Assembly: GCA_001789445.1 (NCBI GenBank)
Contig: MFZQ01000013.1
Span: 4,596-68,595, forward strand
Source: Candidatus Roizmanbacteria bacterium RIFCSPHIGHO2_02_FULL_40_13b
Lineage (GTDB): Bacteria; Patescibacteriota; Microgenomatia; UBA1406; HO2-37-13b
Direction: 5' to 3'
Length of the DNA: 64,000 nucleotides
Shown: one piece after another, positions 44,216 through 53,643 of the stretch
Position numbering within the stretch: position 1 is the first letter of the stretch
How the letters are laid out: each line of letters opens with the position of its first letter
Notes under the pieces: generated by a model
What the model was told of the DNA's origin: nothing
What the model saw: the letters and a program-made list of their open reading frames with translations, nothing else
Databases searched by the model: none
Position numbers and translations under genes: made by a program

Positions 44216-46189
44216 TCAGGTTACGATTGTATCAGTTGTTCGGATTGCAGAGGTAGAGAATCCGGTTGAGCCAAATGTACCCGTTGTTTCAAATGGTAAA
44301 ATGGCAACTGATGCTTTTCGTCGCACCCGAAGAAGTATTGTTCGGTCTGAAACGTAGATAACCTGAACCGTGATAGAAGTAGAGCTTGCCTGCTCGTCGA
44401 TAAATGGCACATACGCTTTATCATCTGACGCCGTATACGACCGGTCTAGAGTGGGGGAGACACCCGAAAATGTCGATCCACTCCATGAAGTATAGGTGTA
44501 ACGGGTTTCTCGAGTTGCCGTCAAATCACTCGTGTCAACGAGTCTGATAGCTCCAGACGACGGAGTATCATTTGAAATAGCACCAGATACAACAACTGTT
44601 GAATTACCCGAGTTGTTACCTGCGGCTAATGAATACATTGCCTTATCGATAGTGGTACCTGAAGTTGTTCTGAAAACTGACACTCTATCGCCGGAAAGAA
44701 GGTTGGTGATAGTAACACTCTGTTTATTAGGTGGCGTTCTTGTCACACCGTTCGCATCAATCAGTTGGAAGTTCTGAACATCAGCCGCCGCCATATTTTC
44801 GATCCAGACACCTTGGGCACCGAAGAATTTTCCTCCAGCGAAAGTTCCAAGAGGAGAGGCTTTAACTGGTGAGTATGTATTATCAGGAGTGGTTTGATTA
44901 TCTTCATGAGCCCGAATATATTGTTGTCCCTGCAGGGCGCTGTGGGTAATGGCGCCTCCTTGGGCTTTGGCGGTTGGATAGGTACTAAATGTCGAACCAA
45001 CACGAGTGACATATTTAAAATATTCATACGCTTGAGTTAATACTCGGGTAGCACAACCGATAATAACCGAGTAGGGGAAAGATGAACCCTGTTCGAAATT
45101 CTTACTCATAGTATATGCTTCAGTTAAAGTAGAGGAGGACGTAGCTGTAGCACTTGAAGTACCGCCGGTAATGACATTGGTACCATTGAATGTCCCAACT
45201 ACATTACCCAAAGTCATAGTCCCTGCCCCCGTTGTCGTCGTTTGATATAAAAAGATACCAGTGGCGCCAGAAACAGCTTGAGATACAGGCTCTAAGTTGG
45301 TAAATGCCCCACTTATCGCGCTGTAGGTAAGGGTGCCATTGACAAAAGCGATTGTAATATCGCTATATCCTGAAACAGTCGCAGTAGCGGTCAGGTTATT
45401 AAGGTCAGGAGACGTGGCCAACGGTACCGCATTTCGGCCACCTGCGGTAAGATCGATTCCAAAGTGATCGTATAAATCGGCACTACCTCCTGCTGGATAG
45501 TGGCGTAAAAATACGGTAATTTTAGCGAGGTCAATTTCAGTTCCGGCCTCTTTAACTTTAATGAGTACATCAATTTGTCTGGTACCGGCACCTGTTTCAG
45601 GCCACCATTCAGTAAGTCTTGCCCCATTTTGAATGATATATATTTGCTGTGTATCATCTTCTTCAATAGATCCAAGAGTGTAGACGTTAGGATAGAGATT
45701 TTCACCGGTAACCGAGGCTCCGTTGGCATCACCTGCACCAGTACCCGTTGATATCGTCATAACGGAGTTATTGGCTATAGTTGAAGCAGAACGAATCCAC
45801 CATTTATTGAGCGTATTGTCATAGGCAAGCAGCTCTCCAGCTCCGCCTCCGTCGTCCAAAACCGTCTTGCCAATATCGCCTGCCACAGCGTTAACGTAGG
45901 TGCCATCAAGTAGTAATATCTGAATTGCCCCGCTATAACCGCTTGTTTGTATAGCACCACCCTTTAAATATTGAAATGAAGGTTCGTCCATAAACCAACC
46001 ATTGATGAGTGTGTAGTCGGTAGGAGTTTGGGCTGACATTGGAATTGTATCATCCATCTGCGCAAGTTCATCAAACGTATCTTGCAGGTATGAGTAGAGC
46101 GCATTTACGGTATAAACATTACTATTTGCGGAATGATAAACGCGTTTATTTACGTAATCAATTGTAAAATCAGAGCTAATTGTTGCCAT
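44216..46189 (-). CDS. large Thr/Ser/Gly-rich fibre-like protein, no signal peptide
   Basis: 657 aa, beta-rich composition. The C-terminal ~42 aa are homologous to the C-terminus of 47160-49967. Confidence 0.5.
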   Translation of the reverse strand: MATISSDFTIDYVNKRVYHSANSNVYTVNALYSYLQDTFDELAQMDDTIPMSAQTPTDYTLINGWFMDEPSFQYLKGGAIQTSGYSGAIQILLLDGTYVNAVAGDIGKTVLDDGGGAGELLAYDNTLNKWWIRSASTIANNSVMTISTGTGAGDANGASVTGENLYPNVYTLGSIEEDDTQQIYIIQNGARLTEWWPETGAGTRQIDVLIKVKEAGTEIDLAKITVFLRHYPAGGSADLYDHFGIDLTAGGRNAVPLATSPDLNNLTATATVSGYSDITIAFVNGTLTYSAISGAFTNLEPVSQAVSGATGIFLYQTTTTGAGTMTLGNVVGTFNGTNVITGGTSSATATSSSTLTEAYTMSKNFEQGSSFPYSVIIGCATRVLTQAYEYFKYVTRVGSTFSTYPTAKAQGGAITHSALQGQQYIRAHEDNQTTPDNTYSPVKASPLGTFAGGKFFGAQGVWIENMAAADVQNFQLIDANGVTRTPPNKQSVTITNLLSGDRVSVFRTTSGTTIDKAMYSLAAGNNSGNSTVVVSGAISNDTPSSGAIRLVDTSDLTATRETRYTYTSWSGSTFSGVSPTLDRSYTASDDKAYVPFIDEQASSTSITVQVIYVSDRTILLRVRRKASVAILPFETTGTFGSTGFSTSAIRTTDTIVT

Positions 46190-46313
46190 TTGTTATTTTT
46201 CTAAAAGTTACAGTGTTAATGATGAATATGACTTTGAATTAGTATAGAGTCTGTTAATAATGACTGTCAAGGACTTTCGTATTTTTGTTATATTTAATCG
46301 GAATTTGATATAT

Positions 46314-46514
46314 TTAATCCGAATTTGATATATTCAATTTTTCTACCTTTTCTATATCGAGATTATATTGTGTATAAAAATCCGTATGTTTGTTATCTGT
46401 ACAAAAACATTCACCCAATGGATTTCTTGCTCTCCAACAACCTATAGAATTGCATTTAGTCTGTGTTTCAGACATTTTTCCACAGCCACCAATACAAACG
46501 AAATGAGGTTTCAT
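46314..46514 (-). CDS. small Cys-rich protein (putative metal-binding ribbon)
   Basis: FVCIGGCGKMSETQTKCNSIGCWRARNPLGECFC: seven Cys in 30 residues. Confidence 0.45.
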   Translation of the reverse strand: MKPHFVCIGGCGKMSETQTKCNSIGCWRARNPLGECFCTDNKHTDFYTQYNLDIEKVEKLNISNSD

Positions 46515-46546
46515 ATATAATATATGTTACAGTACCATGATTTGAT

Positions 46547-47173
46547 TCAATATTCAATAATAATGTTATACGGAAGTTTTAAAGCGTGTACGGTAAAAAA
46601 TGTATCGAGTTCTCGAATAAAGGCAATCTTTTCCAATTCATCTTTATTGTTGGGTATAAATAGTTGATTAAAAATAACACGAGTAGCTATTTTCTTTAAT
46701 TTGAGTAAAAATGGCAAAGATGAAATAGATGTTGGTTGTTCACCACCTAGATAGCAATCAACAACAACTAGATCAAAGATTCTTGTGTCATCAAGTTTGT
46801 TTACATAATCTACTGCATCCCCAATAATAATACCGACTCCTTTGATATTTGCTGGAAAATACTTTTTTGCAATTTTTATCATTTCGGGATCAATTTCTAT
46901 TCCTGTTACAATTGTTTTTTCCCATATACTTTTTATCGTCTTCATTATTGATCCTGCTCCAAAGCCTAAAATGAGTATTTTAGTGTGTTTTTTATTTTTA
47001 TACAGCTTATCAAATACTTCGTCCCACAAAAACTCAATATCTGATCCCGACTGTGCAAATTTACCTACGATAACTGAATAATTGTCGTTTTTTTCAACTA
47101 CACGAATAACATCGTTATATTCAGAATGAAAAAGCTCTATATTTTTATGTTGCATGATTTTATGCACTCGCAA
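46547..47173 (-). CDS. class I SAM-dependent methyltransferase-fold protein (spermidine-synthase-like)
   Basis: ILILGFGAGS ... GIEIDPEMIKIAKKYF ... DLVVVDCY pattern. Confidence 0.6.
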   Translation of the reverse strand: MRVHKIMQHKNIELFHSEYNDVIRVVEKNDNYSVIVGKFAQSGSDIEFLWDEVFDKLYKNKKHTKILILGFGAGSIMKTIKSIWEKTIVTGIEIDPEMIKIAKKYFPANIKGVGIIIGDAVDYVNKLDDTRIFDLVVVDCYLGGEQPTSISSLPFLLKLKKIATRVIFNQLFIPNNKDELEKIAFIRELDTFFTVHALKLPYNIIIEY

Positions 47174-49967
47174 TGGTATCTACGATGAGGGTGACCGTTG
47201 TTGTGAACCCCGTTGATGTAATTGTTCCAGTCGAATCGTTTACAAAATATTTTGTATCGCCTGATGATGATTTCCTAACTCTTAGATAGATATCTGTATT
47301 ACTAATGTAATTAAATGTTGTACTTGATGTGCCATTTGTTGCAGTGCCGGTACCGGTTCCAACACCAGTTGCTGTAAATACTAGACCCACCGTATTCGAA
47401 GAGGCTCCAATTAACGTATAGTCTGTTGAACCGATTGTAAGAATCTTATATTTAATACCAATTACAAATGATCCAGCAGTCACGGTTTCGGTATCTTGGT
47501 TCATAAGTTCGCTATTATCACTTGTCTTATAAATGGCAGTCTGGGCAGATTGAATAGGTTTACCAAGGGTATCTACAACGGTTACTTTCAATGTGACTGC
47601 ATTGTTGATTGTAGTTGAAGAACCATCTGATTCTCGGACACTGGGAGTAGAACCACCACTAGTGATGTTAAGAGTTAAAGATCCTCCAGTATTATTGTAA
47701 ATTGCTGCTCCGGCTGAATAGAGATGGTGTGTTTCGGCACCTGCCGCTGTAAGATTAGCTCGTCCAGTAGCCCCACCAGAAATAGCATGGGCGGCGGTAT
47801 CATACAGAGTAATAGTTGTACTTGATTCGCTTCGAACATAGTATAGGTTTCCGTCCGTTAATCCTACATTCTGCGTGCCTCCCTGATCTTGATAATAAGC
47901 TGGATCGCCATTGGTGTACCCATGAACAGCATCAAGTGTTATTACGTCAGTACTGGTATTGATTCCAGAAGAACTTGTAAGAAAAGTTCGTTCAACTGGA
48001 CCAAATGCCGTAAATGTATTACCCGCAAACGAGTAGGTGCCGGCAGTGGTAACGCGAATAGCGTGGCCAGTTGTAGAGGATCCAGTAAAAGTATTATTTT
48101 CAAATATTACAGGTGAGGAGACAGAACTCCATCTGTTTCCAGCCGTCACTCCGGTGACATTAATCGAGGACCCACTTATAACGGTTGAACCATTTGTCGT
48201 TAGTGTGTCATTCCCTGCTGGTACTCTTGAAATGGTTGCACTTGTAATTGTGCAACTTGAAAAATTCAACGTCGGACAAGATGAAAATGCCATTGAATTG
48301 AACGTCATCACATTGCGAAGAGTAACGTTTGCGCCCACGATAACAAGACCGGTAAAATCCCATGTTGCAGCACTCGTTGCCGCCGAGTTAATCTCCCAAT
48401 AATAAGTTGTTGGAGAGGTGACAACCGAATTAGTGTGTTTGACTACATCGCCACTTTTTCCTGCATAACTAATTCCAATGGTGTTATCGGCTGCGTGATA
48501 TTGTAATTCTTTCTTAGATGTATCTGCGCGGCGCGGAAATTGGAGTGAACCGGCATCAATTTGAAAATTTACTGCATCACCTCCACCTATTTGAATAGGG
48601 ACAAAGGACAATATTCCTGTAGAACCTACCTTTTGAATTACTGGGAGGCGAAAACTTTGGCCAATTTCTGACATTCCGTCCGTGTCAACCGGGTTGTTGG
48701 TATCTCCGCCGGCGACTATTTGTGTTTGAACCTGATGCAGTTCGGACATATAGACCGTTGAGGAGAAGGATGGGGCATTGCGCAAAAATTGGATATAGGT
48801 GACGCTAGTAGTTGTGGCGCTCCCACTTGAGCCAGTGTCATAGTCGGACCCGGCGTATCCGGCCTGAATGGCAAACACACATCTTTGCACCGGGTTTGGC
48901 ACAGAGTTTTTTGCAGCGACTTGATAAGCGTTCCAGTTATTGGCACCACTGGCGACGCGCACCACAACACCACCTTGATCAATTGTTCCAATACCAAATG
49001 CACCCATTTTCGGAGTACCTGCTATGAAACTCCCGCAAATTAGGCCGGTAGAAAGATCACGTCCACTTGTTAGTACTAGTTCTGGTCCGGTTAAAGCAGT
49101 CCTGGCTGTGGCTGCCGCAGATGAGTTTACAGCGTTTGAATAGGGGTTGATGCCAAAATCTGCACCATTGGCGGCTGTTGCCTGAGTTAGTGTCTTTCCA
49201 TTGATAGTCGCGGTGACGACATAGGAACCAGAAGCAGAGTAACTGATGTTATTTATGGTGGAAACATGATGACCACAGGTAAGTCGTGTTCCCGGAGAAG
49301 TAGAATCATCTACATACGCAGGAATTTGTCCGCCCGAAGTGTTACGTAGCGCAAAAGTTATTCGGACATAAACAGCAGAAACGCTAGATGACCAGTTTGC
49401 TACCGGTGTTGCTCCGGTTGCCCGTTGGATATACCAAGCTGCTGCCTGATGAGACGAGGTGGTGGCGGTAGTGCCCGTTGAGTCGGCGTTGTAAATTGAC
49501 ATCACTCCCGGATCAGACAGCACTTGTGGTGTTGTGCTGTCTTGAGCGATATGAAAGACCACCAAGGCATCCGTTGTCCCTGTTGTCACCGAAGAATTAA
49601 CCGGCGTTGTCGTGGCAGTTCCCACTCCGGCATGTAGCGGCGTCACGCCGTCAAAAGGGGTCGTAGTATCCACGTCACGGTAGCAATAAATACCACAAGT
49701 ATAAGCATCCGCAGTTGTGAGTGTCAATGTTTCTGTGCTACCTGTTGCCAATACGTAGTATAAATAACTTATTGTGCCTTGTGTTACTGGGTTGGTAGGT
49801 GCACTGGGGAGAGCCGCCCATGATGATCCAGCTATGGTGATGGTGCCGGAGTCCACTGTAATATGCGCAATCAGGATGTCATTTGCTTGGTGTGCAGGCA
49901 TGTTTTGAGCAATGCTTGTAATCGCGCCGCTAACACCACTCTGTGCATGCTCTACGAAATATGCCAT
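47160..49967 (-). CDS. very large Thr/Ser/Gly-rich fibre-like protein, no signal peptide
   Basis: 935 aa, beta-rich. C-terminal YLRVRKSS...STGFTTT module shared with 44216-46189. Confidence 0.5.
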   Translation of the reverse strand: MAYFVEHAQSGVSGAITSIAQNMPAHQANDILIAHITVDSGTITIAGSSWAALPSAPTNPVTQGTISYLYYVLATGSTETLTLTTADAYTCGIYCYRDVDTTTPFDGVTPLHAGVGTATTTPVNSSVTTGTTDALVVFHIAQDSTTPQVLSDPGVMSIYNADSTGTTATTSSHQAAAWYIQRATGATPVANWSSSVSAVYVRITFALRNTSGGQIPAYVDDSTSPGTRLTCGHHVSTINNISYSASGSYVVTATINGKTLTQATAANGADFGINPYSNAVNSSAAATARTALTGPELVLTSGRDLSTGLICGSFIAGTPKMGAFGIGTIDQGGVVVRVASGANNWNAYQVAAKNSVPNPVQRCVFAIQAGYAGSDYDTGSSGSATTTSVTYIQFLRNAPSFSSTVYMSELHQVQTQIVAGGDTNNPVDTDGMSEIGQSFRLPVIQKVGSTGILSFVPIQIGGGDAVNFQIDAGSLQFPRRADTSKKELQYHAADNTIGISYAGKSGDVVKHTNSVVTSPTTYYWEINSAATSAATWDFTGLVIVGANVTLRNVMTFNSMAFSSCPTLNFSSCTITSATISRVPAGNDTLTTNGSTVISGSSINVTGVTAGNRWSSVSSPVIFENNTFTGSSTTGHAIRVTTAGTYSFAGNTFTAFGPVERTFLTSSSGINTSTDVITLDAVHGYTNGDPAYYQDQGGTQNVGLTDGNLYYVRSESSTTITLYDTAAHAISGGATGRANLTAAGAETHHLYSAGAAIYNNTGGSLTLNITSGGSTPSVRESDGSSTTINNAVTLKVTVVDTLGKPIQSAQTAIYKTSDNSELMNQDTETVTAGSFVIGIKYKILTIGSTDYTLIGASSNTVGLVFTATGVGTGTGTATNGTSSTTFNYISNTDIYLRVRKSSSGDTKYFVNDSTGTITSTGFTTTVTLIVDTIASA

Positions 49968-50003
49968 ACGAAAATAGTATCATAAATTCTAGGGTAAATG
50001 AGG

Positions 50004-50765
50004 TTAGCCATATTCCTCTTTCAAACTTGGATCAAGCGCATAAGCCGTATCAATATTTTCAGTCGACTTCTTAGTATCACCCAGTTCACGGTATATGACG
50101 CCTAATGTGTAATAGAGGTGGGGGAGAGTGGGATTAAGTCGTATCGCTTTTATAAGTGTTTCTTTAGCAAGAACATTTTTATTTTGTTGTTTATAGACAA
50201 GTGCAAGGTTTCCCATGATATGAGCGTCAACAGGAGCTAGTAACAGTGCTTTTTTAAAATAATTTTCTGCATCAGAATAGCGAAAAACTTGCGCTGAAAG
50301 TGAGGCAATTTCTTGCATCAAGGATATGTCTTTTGGATGAAGCTGTACGGCTTCTTTATAAGCGGTAATAGCCTGTGTACATTTTCCCAATCTTGTTAAA
50401 CAGTGAGCGAGTCGAATATACGACTCCAAATGGCGTGGTCTAATTCTAATTGTGTGTCTGAAATATTTTACTGCATTGGTGATATCGTTGGTTAGTTGAT
50501 ATAAAACTGCGACATTGAAGGCTGGTAAGGCATATTTTTTATCTTTCAAAACAGCTTTTTTATACGCATCGATTGCTCCATATTTATTTCCTAATGCATA
50601 CAGAGTCGTACCAAGACTGTTTAAGGCAATTGCATTATTAGGATTAAGAATAAGGGAATGTTTAAAGCAATAATATGCTTCAAGTGTTTTACCTTGAGAT
50701 TGTAATCTCATCCCGTACGCTATTAGTTTCTCTGCCCCTGAAGTTTCGTGAGGTGTATATATCAC
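50004..50765 (-). CDS. TPR-repeat protein
   Basis: Six to seven tandem 34-aa TPR-like repeats (A..YKKA/YFKKAL.L.P). Confidence 0.7.
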   Translation of the reverse strand: MIYTPHETSGAEKLIAYGMRLQSQGKTLEAYYCFKHSLILNPNNAIALNSLGTTLYALGNKYGAIDAYKKAVLKDKKYALPAFNVAVLYQLTNDITNAVKYFRHTIRIRPRHLESYIRLAHCLTRLGKCTQAITAYKEAVQLHPKDISLMQEIASLSAQVFRYSDAENYFKKALLLAPVDAHIMGNLALVYKQQNKNVLAKETLIKAIRLNPTLPHLYYTLGVIYRELGDTKKSTENIDTAYALDPSLKEEYG

Positions 50766-50839
50766 TATAGTAAGTATATATCATTGCCTAAACTGTAGTG
50801 AAGAAATTATGTTAATTAGCTCAAATAAGGCGATTTGTG

Positions 50840-50868
50840 TTGACAAACTGACGGAAATACAGTATTAT
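50840..50868 (+). promoter_or_regulatory. sigma70-like promoter TTGACA-17-TATTAT, 8 nt before the ATG
   Basis: ttgaca at 50840-50845 and tattat at 50863-50868. ATG at 50877. Confidence 0.55.
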
Positions 50869-50876
50869 ACGGTTAT

Positions 50877-52016
50877 ATGAAGATTAAAAGACTTCTAGAA
50901 GATGAAATCTTGGCTCAATTAGAGAGCAGTACTAAGGGCATAGTTATTTATGGTCCACGCCAAGCAGGAAAAACTACTTTGGTTAACGACATATTAACAA
51001 AAAGGAAATGGAAAACTCTTATTCTAAACGGAGATAGGCGCGGGAATTGGTGGGAGACTATCACAAGTCGCGAGTTATCAAAAATAAAACTGCTCTTAAG
51101 TGGTTACCAAACTTTGTTTATTGATGAAGCCCAGAGGATACCTGAAATAGGCTTGAGTCTAAAAATTATCTTAGATGAGTTCCCAGATTTGAAAGTGATT
51201 GTTACTGGTTCTTCCTCGCTTGATTTGGCTAGTAAAATTAGTGAACCATTAACGGGTAGAATTATTACGCATAAGCTGTATCCTATTTCTTTTGTTGAAC
51301 TAAATACAATCTTCACTCCTTTTGAATTACTAGAAAATCTTGAGGAACGGATGATTTTTGGATCTTACCCGGAAATATTTTCTTTACATGGAATTTTAGC
51401 AAAAACTGAATATCTGATGAATCTCACAGATACCTATCTTTATAAAGATTTATTGGAATTTGGGGGAATAAGAAATTCAAACAAAATCAGAGATTTATTG
51501 AAACTATTGGCTTTTCAGATTGGTTCACAGGTATCTTTGTCAGAATTAGGAAACAGTTTGGACTTGAGCAGGACCACTGTGGATAGATATATCGATCTTT
51601 TGGAAAAATCATTTATCGTATTCAGATTAAGTGGATTTAGTCGCAATTTACGTAAAGAAGTTTCTAAAATGGACAAAATATATTTCTATGATATCGGGGT
51701 AAGAAATACTATAATAGGTAATCTAAATTTTCTAAACAACCGCGATGACCAAGGTAAATTATGGGAGAATTTTTTAATGATAGAACGAATCAAACGACAA
51801 CAATATGCTCATACATTATACGGATGTTATTACTGGCGCCTGTCAAGCGGGGCAGAAATTGATTTAGTCGAAGAAGAAGGTGGGCAATTATCGGGTTTTG
51901 AGTTTAAATATACAAAGAAAACGATCAGATCTCCTAAGTCTTGGTTGGAAACGTACTCTAACTCTACATTTCATACCATCAACAAAGATAATTTCTTGGA
52001 TTTTGTGACGATTTAA
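50877..52016 (+). CDS. AAA-type ATPase with C-terminal DUF4143-like region
   Basis: GPRQAGKTTL Walker A and LFIDEAQ Walker B. The C-terminal half looks like the widespread AAA_14/DUF4143 architecture. Confidence 0.65.
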   Translation: MKIKRLLEDEILAQLESSTKGIVIYGPRQAGKTTLVNDILTKRKWKTLILNGDRRGNWWETITSRELSKIKLLLSGYQTLFIDEAQRIPEIGLSLKIILDEFPDLKVIVTGSSSLDLASKISEPLTGRIITHKLYPISFVELNTIFTPFELLENLEERMIFGSYPEIFSLHGILAKTEYLMNLTDTYLYKDLLEFGGIRNSNKIRDLLKLLAFQIGSQVSLSELGNSLDLSRTTVDRYIDLLEKSFIVFRLSGFSRNLRKEVSKMDKIYFYDIGVRNTIIGNLNFLNNRDDQGKLWENFLMIERIKRQQYAHTLYGCYYWRLSSGAEIDLVEEEGGQLSGFEFKYTKKTIRSPKSWLETYSNSTFHTINKDNFLDFVTI

Positions 52017-52474
52017 GCCTCTTCGTCTGAGTCAGTTTCATATGGATCGGCAATCAGATTTTTATGAGCAGTCTTAATTATCGCCAAAATCATATATATT
52101 ATGGCAGGAATAACAAGGATGACACCAGAAAAGGCGAGTGAAAGATTCCATTGAAGTGAGATATTATTTGTATGCGTAGCGATTTGCTGAATTGCAAAAA
52201 GCTCCATGAGTGCGGCAAGTATAAAAACAACAACCGATTGCAAGCTGTATTTGTTTTCTCCCAAAGAAGTTATTGTTATAACAATACTTATAAATATTGC
52301 AACAGTTTTAACTCCAACAGAAACGGCAGTAAATGGATACGTTGAAAGCATGACTGGTGTGAGAAATTCAAACGGTGATCCAATTGTAAGTGAAAGTGGT
52401 CCGGATAAAATATCTAGTACATATCCAAAAATAACTAATCCTACTGCGCCGGTAAGAAAATATTCAGTTTTCAT
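52013..52474 (-). CDS. hypothetical four-TM membrane protein
   Basis: Hydrophobic helices and an acidic C-terminal tail. Confidence 0.45.
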   Translation of the reverse strand: MKTEYFLTGAVGLVIFGYVLDILSGPLSLTIGSPFEFLTPVMLSTYPFTAVSVGVKTVAIFISIVITITSLGENKYSLQSVVVFILAALMELFAIQQIATHTNNISLQWNLSLAFSGVILVIPAIIYMILAIIKTAHKNLIADPYETDSDEEA

Positions 52475-52958
52475 TTCCAGGTACTGTATTATTCATAACG
52501 GTTGCATTATGTATATTATGCGACAATACATATTGGGATGTTTTGTCAGGTTTAAGATCAAATTTTTTATCTACAGTGAGGGAATTATGCGTATTTTCAA
52601 TCACATTCCTCACTTGACCTTCCCCAGTTCCACGAGATATCCATACGGGAAAGCCTTTGTATATTCCTGGTTTCCACTTCTTGGTTTTATCGATAATTGT
52701 GGTTACTGTTGCATGAGAAACAACTCCTAAATCATCGTGAGCCGGCTGTTTACTTTTTTTTACAATATGTATGAGGTTTGGATTGTTTTGAATAAAATCA
52801 TCAACCGGGTACCACTCAAAATATGTTGCGGGTGCAGTTCTATTTGATGCGAACTCAACTCGAACATATCCAGGGTAGGTCATATCATGCGTTATGTTCA
52901 AACATTCTCGAAGAGAACCATTTATATCTGTAACGGTAAGCTGATGTTTAATTGGCAT
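52464..52958 (-). CDS. hypothetical soluble protein
   Basis: 164-aa ORF overlapping the next gene by 11 nt. No motif recognised. Confidence 0.45.
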   Translation of the reverse strand: MPIKHQLTVTDINGSLRECLNITHDMTYPGYVRVEFASNRTAPATYFEWYPVDDFIQNNPNLIHIVKKSKQPAHDDLGVVSHATVTTIIDKTKKWKPGIYKGFPVWISRGTGEGQVRNVIENTHNSLTVDKKFDLKPDKTSQYVLSHNIHNATVMNNTVPGNEN

Positions 52959-52989
52959 ACGAGTATGAAACTACTATAGCATAAAATAT

Positions 52990-53643
52990 TTAAAATATTG
53001 AATTAAAATAATCATAGGTGAGAACTGCTCTGTCGGTCCAATTGGTTGAAAAACTACTTGTTCCTTTGACATATCGATATGCACCCGTAGCGTCTTCCTT
53101 AATTATATACCACGCTCCGTCTTTATTTACATATCCATAATAAGAAGGAATTGCATCATCAATTTGTGAGATATTATACCCATCAGTTGGTTTTTTTTCG
53201 GACGGATCAATCAAGGTTCCTGTCGAATCTTTAATACCGACTGTTCCTGGCCCCGGATTACTTCCAAAAAAAGCGGCTTCGGCTTTACCGGTAAAAATCG
53301 ACAATAAAAAAACAGATACACCGGCAGAGCCAATGAGTCGTAAAAACATACGCCGATTATCATCTACTTTTTTTTCCTCATGTTGATCAATACGCGTTAA
53401 TGTAATTGGCTTTTTTTCAGTCTCGATATCTGCTTTCTGTATTTTTTTGGTAACAACTTTTTCTGTGGGTAATTTGGAAGGAGCATATTTAGTTGCAGTG
53501 ATGATACTTCTCCAAAAGTACACCATGAGTGGAAAAAAAATAATGCTACTGATAAGTTGGGGATAAGATGTCGTATCTACAAATCCAATTACTGTTATTA
53601 CAGTAATGACGACAACATTGTATAAAATAATTATTTTTTTCAT
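52990..53643 (-). CDS. 2-TM-module protein with internal twin-arginine-like motif
   Basis: N-terminal 2-TM module, then DNRRMFLRLIGSAGVSVFLLSIFTGKAEA at about residue 95, then a beta-rich ~100-aa domain. Confidence 0.5.
   Translation of the reverse strand: MKKIIILYNVVVITVITVIGFVDTTSYPQLISSIIFFPLMVYFWRSIITATKYAPSKLPTEKVVTKKIQKADIETEKKPITLTRIDQHEEKKVDDNRRMFLRLIGSAGVSVFLLSIFTGKAEAAFFGSNPGPGTVGIKDSTGTLIDPSEKKPTDGYNISQIDDAIPSYYGYVNKDGAWYIIKEDATGAYRYVKGTSSFSTNWTDRAVLTYDYFNSIF

Noticed and set aside
42362-50765. Intact prophage or a diversity-generating retroelement
   Set aside because: No capsid, portal, terminase, tube/sheath, lysis or integrase genes are present. I saw no reverse transcriptase and no template/variable repeat pair. 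Only fibre-like and accessory genes are there.
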